A stretch of 64,000 nt of DNA. Origin: Octopus vulgaris. Lineage: Eukaryota. Of the stretch, positions 55,532 through 64,000 are shown piece after piece (within the stretch, counting starts at the first letter, position 1; the number at the start of each line of letters is the position of its first letter). A model generated the notes under the pieces. It saw nothing but the letters and a program-made list of their open reading frames with translations, ran no database searches and was not told the DNA's origin. The position numbers were made by a program, and so were the translations under genes. The stretch spans positions 107,260,001-107,324,000 of the forward strand of contig OX597814.1 of NCBI GenBank assembly GCA_951406725.2, read 5' to 3'.

Positions 55532-57424
55532 TTAGTATCTATAAAACAAATAAATATCTCAAAAAAAAAACAAAACAATGTAACCTCAAAAAGTACAGAA
55601 CAAAACTGAACCAGTGAACTAAAATGTCTTGGGCAAAATTTACTGAACCACAGATACGTAACATGAGAAATAACAACCCCCAAAATAACTGACCTAGAAC
55701 TTCAAACAGATAAATTAACAAACACAGCACAATAGAAATGTGGCTTCAAACTCTATAACACACTTCAGGAATGAATTGAATGTAAATTAGCAGAACAATA
55801 CACCTAACTAATGTTCCCAAACCATGTGACGCGGGAATAAACTAGCACAGATAAAACTCATAAGTGATATAAAATGTTATAATAAAAACTTGCAAACCAT
55901 AACAAGCAACAAATTACTAACATAAGCAAAACAACCAAACTGCATAACTTACCAATCATAAGGTATTAAGTGTCCATGACTTGGAAACAATACAAAATAT
56001 ACCTGTGACTATTGAATAAACATAATTACAGGAGGTTCTTACACCGACATTTTCACCTAAAACCCATATATATTTTAAAGAATTAACTATAACAAATTGT
56101 AATGAAAATATTCTACTACTACTACTACACACACACACACACACAAGTAGGTGAACAAAGACAGTAATACTTGGTGCATTTGATTGGAATTGTTAGTACT
56201 TTATAATAGTTTGACTCAGAACAATTTAAAGTTTCACAGATGCTGACTATGCCCACATCCTCAGATGTGCGGAGTTTAGAGTGAAGAGAGTTTAAAACAA
56301 ATTTTAAAATGGTTTCAAAATGAGAATATTTGGGATTCCATTAGTCAGTTCAGGTCATGTGGATACTTTGGCTAACTGGTGATGCTAGTTGATTCCATTA
56401 GATACTTCATGTGGTAGAGCAGGCAGTATATTGGCTTCAAGTTGTTGGAAGTTTGTAGGATTTAACAAAGAACATGTTGGTATTATAAAGTTTTTAATAC
56501 CAATAATGTCAAAGTTAGCTATTCATGCTTAGATAACATCACTTCCAACAGTGTTTACTACAGCAGAAAGAATCCCCACATTTTTCAGTTTCTATCCCAT
56601 ATCCAGCACTTCAACAAAACTAAAGTCTCTGTTCAACCCCACACATAATAGAGTGAACTGGGAGCATTTTATGATGGCCCCATCACTAGAGAGGATTGTT
56701 ATGTTCTTGACAATACTAAAGGGTCTTCTTGACTCCTTGCTGTGTCATCAGCTACTTTACAAAGAGGAATTATACTGACATTAGGGAACTAGGGAAATGT
56801 GTGTGTGTGTGTGTGTAGTAAGGGAATGCTGAACAACCAACTGAAACTGGATGGAGGTCTTTGAACTGTTTTTTCTAATGACAATTACTTCACTTTTTTG
56901 TCTCTTTTGCTGAACCACTAAGTTACAGGGATGTAAACAGACCAACACTGGTTGTCAAACAATGAAGGGACAAAAACACCCACACTCATCTTCTATCATT
57001 TACTTATTTCGATCATCAAACTGTGACCATGCTGGGACACAGCCTTAAAGAATTTCAGTCAAATGAATCAACACCAGGACTTAGTTTTCTTGTAAAGCCT
57101 GATACATATTCCAACAGTCTCTTTTGCCAAATCACTAAGTTACAGGGATGTAAACAAACCAACACCAGTTATAAAACAGTATTGGTGGAGAACACACACA
57201 CATATATACGACAGGCTTCTTTCAGTTTCCATCTACCAAATCCACTCACAAGGCTTTGGTCTGCCCGAGTCTACAGTAGAAGACACTTACCCAAGGTGCC
57301 ACACAGTGGGACTGAACCTACAACCATGTGGTTGGGAAGTGAGCTTCTTACTCACACCCATGGGCTTTCACACAGTTTCTATCAACCAAATTCACTCACA
57401 AAGTGAATTATAATGGAAGACTCT

Positions 57425-57953
57425 TACATTATTTACATTTGACAGATATTTATACTAATCTTGTTTGTTGTTAACACGCTTCAGCTGATATACCCTCCAG
57501 CCTTCATCAGGTGTTTGGGGAAATTTCAAAACTGGGTTCTCATTCCTAAGCTATTTTTCAATGTTGTTGTTATTCATCATCATCATCACCATCGTTTAAC
57601 GTCTGCTTTCCATGCTGCCATGGGTTGGACAGTTTGACTGAAGGCTGGCAAGCCAGGAGGTGGCACCAGTCTCCAATCTGATCTGGCAAAGTTTCTACAG
57701 CTGGATGCCCTTCATAACACCAACCACTCCAAGAGTGTAGTCAGTGCTTTTTACATGACACTGGCACGAGGGTCAGTCAGGCAGCACTTGCAACGACCAC
57801 GCTCAAATGTTGCTTTTCACGTGCCACTGGCACACGTACCGGTAAGGTGATGCTGGCAACTATTTATTATTATTATTATTATTCAGGTCACTGCCTGGAA
57901 TCGAACTTGGAATCTTGGGGTTTGTAGCCCGTGCTCTTAACCACCATGCTATA
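57425..57953 (-). mobile_element. Second copy of the hammerhead-bearing tRNA-SINE, interrupted by an RTE 3' fragment (~57575-57860)
   Basis: Head at 57880-57953, tail with CTGATGA-a-ggctg...cagct-GAAGC at 57472-57516. Confidence 0.75.
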
Positions 57954-59089
57954 CATGTCATGTAGTGAGGATTGAACTCGAAATCTCAGTTCCAAAGCAA
58001 GCCACATCTGCACTTAATCAGAAAAAGTCTTAGAAATATATTAAAACACAATAAGATTTGACAGATTTAATATAAAAACAAAAATGCTTTAATTTCATGT
58101 GTGTATAATAATATTTATGTGTAATCTCTAGCTTTTGTATGTTTTTAAAAAAATAATTAGAAAAGATTCAGACGATGATTAAAAAACAGGGAGAAAAAGA
58201 ATTGGTTCATCTCCTCTTTTATGGTAATTCTCACATGATTTATACAAGTTTTAACAAAATATAATATAAAAGGCTGTTATATTTACATTTTAAGTTTTGA
58301 ATTTTAAAAAATTATAGAAAAGAAAAATAAAATGATAGAAATTCTTGTTTAATCTTTACAGAAATAAATCACCATTTCATATTTTATGAAAAATAAAAAG
58401 ATGGTCTGTAAAATTATGAAGAAAAATCATTGAGAGACATGAATATAGTTCTCAGCAACAGTTTTATAATTTTTACATGAAATTTATCGATGTTATAAGG
58501 GACTTATATCAGATTAGTTTTATATTTAGAATATTTATGCAAATACAATAGTAGCAGAAGCAAAACAAATTAAAAAAGGGAAATGTTCAAAATGATCTTC
58601 AGAAAATATTGGTTTCACATTTTGGTAGATGGGCACAGTGTTTGAGGGGAGGGGCAGGCCAATTACATCATCCCCAACATTCAGCTCGTATTTATTTTAT
58701 CAACCCCAAAAGAATGAATGGCAAGGTCTCAACAACCCTGGTGGAATTTGAACTCAGATTGTAAAGATGGATGAAATACCACTAAGCATTTTGTCCGGTG
58801 TGCTAACAATTCCGCCAGCATAATGTTGATTATGAAAGAAGAAAATTAAAACAAACAAAAACATGAATATCCAGTTATCCAATTAAACATGGTTTGATTT
58901 AGTGAAAAATATTTTCAAAATATTCATCAACCGCCTGGAACCATGTGGTTGGGAAGCAAACTTTTTACCACAAAGCCATGCCTGTGACTATATATATCTA
59001 TCAACTGTGAAAACTATTGTGTGTGTGTGTAAGCAGACCACAAAAATTACTTTTGTCTACAACAGAATCAGTTTAAATCTTTTGTTTCA

Positions 59090-59593
59090 CGTGAGTTCAT
59101 GGCTGTTTCCTGCACCAGCTTCACATAGAAGCCCCAGCCCATCCAAAGTGCCTTGGATCGCAGGACGGCCTGCTGTGCTTACTTTGGATCATAGGGTGAC
59201 CTGCTATGCTTCAGGAGCCCTATTGAGTCAAGTACATCAACATCAAAATAAATATCAAATGGAAATTGTAGTTGTGATAACTGTGCCGGTGGCATGTAAA
59301 AAGCACCATCCAAAGTGCCCAATGCCAGCACTGCTTTGACTGGCTTCCGTGCCGGTGGCAAGTAAAAAGCACCAACTGATCGTGGCCGTTGCCAGCCTCC
59401 CCTGGCACCTGTGCCGTAAGCATGTAAAAAGCACCCACTACACTCGCAGAGTGGTTGGCGTTAGGAAGAGCATCCAGCTGTAGAAACTCTGCCAGATCAG
59501 ACTGGAGCCTGGTGCAGCCTCCTGGCTTCCCAGACCCCGGTCGACTGTCCAACCCATGCTAGCATGGAAAACGGACGTTAAACGATGATGATG
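59090..59593 (+). mobile_element. RTE LINE 3' UTR fragment
   Basis: Collinear with 6555-7015; (GAT)n tail. Confidence 0.8.
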
Positions 59594-59809
59594 TTTCAGT
59601 TGAAATGCAGGGCCTTTCTTTCTATAATTTTGGAAATAGCGAATTCGGTAAAATAATTTTGTTATTATTAGTATGACATTTGGTACATAAATTGATTTGA
59701 AGTTTCGATGGAAAGTTTAAATTTGGATAAATTAAAAAACCTTTGTATTTCTATAATTCAGGTAAAATACACTGTGGTTGTTTTGATTAAGTTTGTAAAT
59801 ATTTATGTC

Positions 59810-60410
59810 TTTATTGCCCACAAGGGGCTAAACACAGAGGGGACATACAAGGACAGACAAAGGGATTAAGTCGATTCCATCGACACCAGTGCATAATTGG
59901 TACTTATTTAGTTGACCCCAAAAGGATAAAAGGCAAAGTCGACCTCAACGGAATTTGAACTCAGAACATAACAGCAGACGAAATACCTATTTCTATTTCT
60001 TTACTACCCACAATGGGCTAAACACAGAGAGGACAAACAAGGACAGACAAATGGATTAAGTTGATTCCATCGACCCCAGTGTGTAACTGGTACTTAATCT
60101 ATCGACCCCGAAAGGATGAAAAGCAAAGTCGACCTCGGCGGAATTTGAACTCAGAACATAACAGCAGACGAAATACCTATTTCTTTACTAACCACAAGGG
60201 GCTAAAAACAGAGGGGACAAACAAGGACAGAAAAATGGATTAAGTTGATTGTATCAACCCCAGTGCGTAACTGGTACTTAAATTATCGACCCTGAAAGGA
60301 TGAAAGGCAAAGTCAACCTCGGCGGAATTTGAACTCAGAACGTAGTGGCAGGCGAAATATGGCTATGCATTTCGCCTCGCATGCTAACGTTTCTGCCAGC
60401 TCGCCGCTTT
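59810..60410 (-). repeat. Tandem trimer of a SINE body (~180 bp unit)
   Basis: ggggctaaacacagag...gacgaaatacctatttc repeated three times; full head only at the right end. Confidence 0.9.
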
Positions 60411-60641
60411 AAGTTTGGAAATATTGAGGACTATAGTGGCATATTTTGGTTGTTATGAAGCTGGGCCCCACCTGCAAGATCACATGCTGTTTATCTTGAT
60501 ATGAGATCACCATGTCGCGCACATATGTTTGTGATGCATGTGCCTAGTGTACCCTTATCAGATGGGTAGTCATGATGGGTATACTGAGCTTCATATATTT
60601 TACCCCAGTGTCACTTTGATGGCATGCACTGCTCTCTCACT

Positions 60642-60690
60642 CAATAATAATAATAACAATAATAATAGTAATAACAATAATAATAATAAC

Positions 60691-60730
<40 letters not shown>

Positions 60731-60995
60731 GCTTCAAATTTTGGAACAGGGCCAGGAATTTTAAGGAGAGGAGGTCAATTGATTGCATCAACCCCAATAT
60801 TGGATTAGTACCATATTTTATGAACCCCCAAAAGATGAAAGGCAAAAATCAGCCTTAGTAAGAATTCAAACCCGGAATGTAGTATCAGAAGAAATGCCAT
60901 TAAGCAATTTGTCCAGCATGCTAACGATTATGCCAGCTCGATGCATTATGATGCAATAATAATAATAATAATAATAATGATAATCATCGTTTAAC

Positions 60996-61042
<47 letters not shown>

Positions 61043-61150
61043 TGATAATAATCATCGTTTAACAATAATAATAATAATAATAATAATAACGATAATGATA
61101 ATAATCATCGTTTAACAATAATAATAATTATAATAATAATAATAATAATA

Positions 61151-61185
<35 letters not shown>

Positions 61186-61201
61186 AATGATAATAATAAT
61201 G

Positions 61202-61247
<46 letters not shown>

Positions 61248-61268
61248 TAATAATAATCATCGTTTAAC

Positions 61269-61306
<38 letters not shown>

Positions 61307-61385
61307 TAATAATAATAATCATCGTTTAACAATAATAATAATAATAATAATAATACTGATGATGGTGATGATGATGATGATGATA
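60642..61385. repeat. (AAT)n/(GAT)n microsatellite with embedded SINE and repeated aatcatcgtttaac
   Basis: Directly visible. Confidence 0.92.
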
Positions 61386-61702
61386 CGTTGACAGCTGAAA
61401 TGTCAAACTATTGAGTTTATCTTCTGAACAACATAAGAATGAAAGCCACTTAGTAAAGATCACAGTTCAGATGGTTTTGGCAAAAAGTGTTGTTGTCTGT
61501 TTCTTAGGAGACACAGCACTACGGGGGTTCAATCTCCTTTTTTCTGTTCACTTATAATAAAAACAATTTTACCTTAATCTGGTGGGTGACTATATAACTT
61601 CTGTGGAGTACAAATATATTATTGACAGTGACTTCGAAGTTTCAGCCAGTTAACCCATCACCACTGCTAATGATATTCTTGTTTAATGAATAATAATAAT
61701 AA

Positions 61703-61755
<53 letters not shown>

Positions 61756-61780
61756 TATACATACATAATACATTCTTACG

Positions 61781-61823
<43 letters not shown>

Positions 61824-62435
61824 TTGTGTTTGTATATATACATATATATATGTGTATATGATTTGGCGTTAGGAAGGGCATCCAGCTGTAGAAACTCTGC
61901 CAGATCAAGATTGAAGCCTGGTGCAGCCATCTGGTTCACCAGCCCTCAGTCAAAATCGTCCAACCCATGCTAGCGTGGAAAGCGGACGTTAAATGATGAT
62001 GATGATGATGTATATACACAGAGAGGTTTTGAAGTGATTTTTATTCTTTTAATTTTTTACTTGTTTCATTCATTTGACTGTGGCTATGCTGGAGCACCGC
62101 CTTTAGTCGAGCAAATTGACAATAGGACTTATTCTTTGTAAGTCTAGTACTGATTCTATTGCTCTCTTTTGCCAAACCACTAATTTACAGGGACGTAAAC
62201 ACACTAGTGTCGGTTGTCAAACGATAGTGGGGGGAAACACACACACATATATATACAACGGGCTTCTTTCAGTTTTCATCTACCAAATCCACTTTACAAG
62301 GCTTTGGTCAGCCCAAGGCTAGAGTAGAAGACATTCGCCCAAGGTGCCACGCAGTAGGACTGAACCTGGAGCCATGTGGCTGGTTATCAAGCTACTTACT
62401 ACACAGCCACTCCTGCGCCTATGATGTGCAGATAT

Positions 62436-62669
62436 TGTATATTGAGAATAATAAGACTAGTCAGAATGTTGCATTGTTATATATATTTTTTATTTACATT
62501 TTTAGCGTTTTCTTCCATTATCAGTTTTATCAAAACATTGGTTTATAGTAACTTACGATAAACCACTTTTTTTGATAAATCCAATAACAGAAGAAAGCAC
62601 TAAAAATGTAAATAAATATATACATAAAATCATTCAACATTCTGACTACCTTGTTATTCTCAGTATACA
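62436..62669. repeat. Imperfect palindrome (~235 bp)
   Basis: tgtatattgagaataa...agtcagaatgttg pairs with caacattctgact...ttattctcagtataca; centre near 62550. Confidence 0.8.
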
Positions 62670-62951
62670 TACATACATAGTTATATATATACATTTTCAT
62701 TATTTTTTTGCAATTTACTTAATCATTGATTTTTTATTGTTATTTTAATTTTAATATTTCTATTATATGTAATTTTCTAGATGGTGTAATTTAATTGTTC
62801 ATTTTGAATTGATAAAGGGTGTTTTTTTTTCTAATTTTTTATATATATATATATATATCATATTGTGTGAAATTTGATTTAGTATTTCTAAATTGAATTT
62901 TTTTCCCTGTAAGTTTGGATTTATATTCCCTTAAATAATAATAGTAACTAT

Positions 62952-62996
<45 letters not shown>

Positions 62997-63010
62997 TATA
63001 AATATATATA

Positions 63011-63401
63011 TAATTATGAACAAATCACACTTAAAGCTAAGAGGGTTAAAAAACCTTCATATGCTAAAATTAGCAGCCAAAACCGCTATAAAGCCATTAT
63101 ATCACTTATATTATTTCTCATGATAAAAACCATCCTTGTTTTTATTTCTGTCTATAGGAATATTTCCCCTGACAAAGCGAATGGGTCTCTTAAGTGGTCC
63201 CTAATGCCGAAATTGCAATAGGGAATTAACCAATTATTTTCAAGTTGTGGATTCTATTTGCCATGTCGCCTGAAGACAGTTTTTATCGTTAGGAGAAATA
63301 ATATGAGTGATATTATGGCTTTATAGCGGTTTTGGCTGCTATTCTTAACATGTAAGGGATTTTTAACCTTCTTAGTTATAATTGTGACTTGTTCATAATT
63401 A
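63011..63401. repeat. Inverted repeat (~125 bp arms) with a hammerhead-like motif in the spacer (63164-63225)
   Basis: Arms share agcagccaaaaccgctataaagccat; spacer ttccc-CTGACAA...gcc-GAAA-ttgcaa-TA-gggaa. Confidence 0.85.
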
Positions 63402-63668
63402 TAAACGTTTTCTTCTTTATATTTTATGATAACGGGTTTGGAGATTGATATATTCATAAATAATCTTATTTATAATTTATCCTTCATAATGTTTTTACAT
63501 TACTCTCTACTTAATATATATATATATATACACACACACGTGCACACAAGATGTGGTGAATGAATTGTCGTCTACATTATGCAATAATGAAAATGACACT
63601 GACATCTCTTTTAACAGATATATTTACCAAAATTACATAAAAACATCTTGAAATACAAAAGAGTAAAT

Positions 63669-64000
63669 TTATTCAATGAAATCGCCATTGGCTTCAACTA
63701 TGGCCTCCAGACGACTTTCGAATCTCCTGCAACTCTTCTGAACGGTCTCCTTGTTTAAGTTGGTGAAGGCTGCCATAATCCTTGCCTTCAGTTCATCTTT
63801 GGTGTTATAACATGTTTTGTTGGTTTCTCGTTCAACTGTGTCCCACATGTGGTAATCAAGGGGGGCTGCAGTCTGGCGAGTTAGGTGGCCAGATGTTAGG
63901 GGTGATGTGGTCGCAGAAATTGTCTGACAGCCATGACTGGGTTCTCCTGCTTGTGTAGCATGGTGCAGAGTCCTGTTGCCAGACATAGTCTTCAAGCAAC
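63669..64000 (-). mobile_element. DD37D (maT/mori-type) Tc1/mariner transposase pseudogene, truncated by window edge
   Basis: VWQQDSAPCYTSRRTQSWLSDNFCDHITPNIWPPNSPDCSP/LDYHMW...EANGDFIE*; 37 residues between the catalytic Asp residues; +1 frameshift in a C run near 63862. Confidence 0.9.

Noticed and set aside
60980-61335. CRISPR-like repeat-spacer pattern
   Set aside because: Spacers are (AAT)n, the context is eukaryotic, and there are no cas genes.

Overview
AT-rich, repeat-dense eukaryotic DNA. The SINE/LINE families and very long microsatellites suggest an octopus (coleoid cephalopod) genome; this is inference. One host gene is visible: the 3' part of a + strand VAT-1-like (VAT1L-type, MDR/quinone-oxidoreductase fold) gene. 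It has six core exons (9247-27451), four phase-0 microexons of 30/30/30/24 nt encoding an acidic tail, a stop exon (44671-44736), a probable 3'-UTR intron and a long putative 3' UTR. Its 5' exons were not found and presumably lie upstream. Almost all ORFs in the supplied track are microsatellite or SINE artefacts. Introns and flanks hold tRNA-SINEs, truncated RTE, CR1, R4/Dong and Penelope retroelements, and mariner, maT, hAT and piggyBac-like DNA elements. Most notable: (1) about ten Penelope-type minimal hammerhead ribozyme motifs, many in (TA)n-flanked or inverted-repeat elements; (2) a tRNA-headed SINE whose tail is Penelope-linked and carries a hammerhead; (3) the microexon array; (4) a 1.8 kb foldback element whose arms are built from SINE tails. 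All coordinates were read by eye, and repeat boundaries are approximate.
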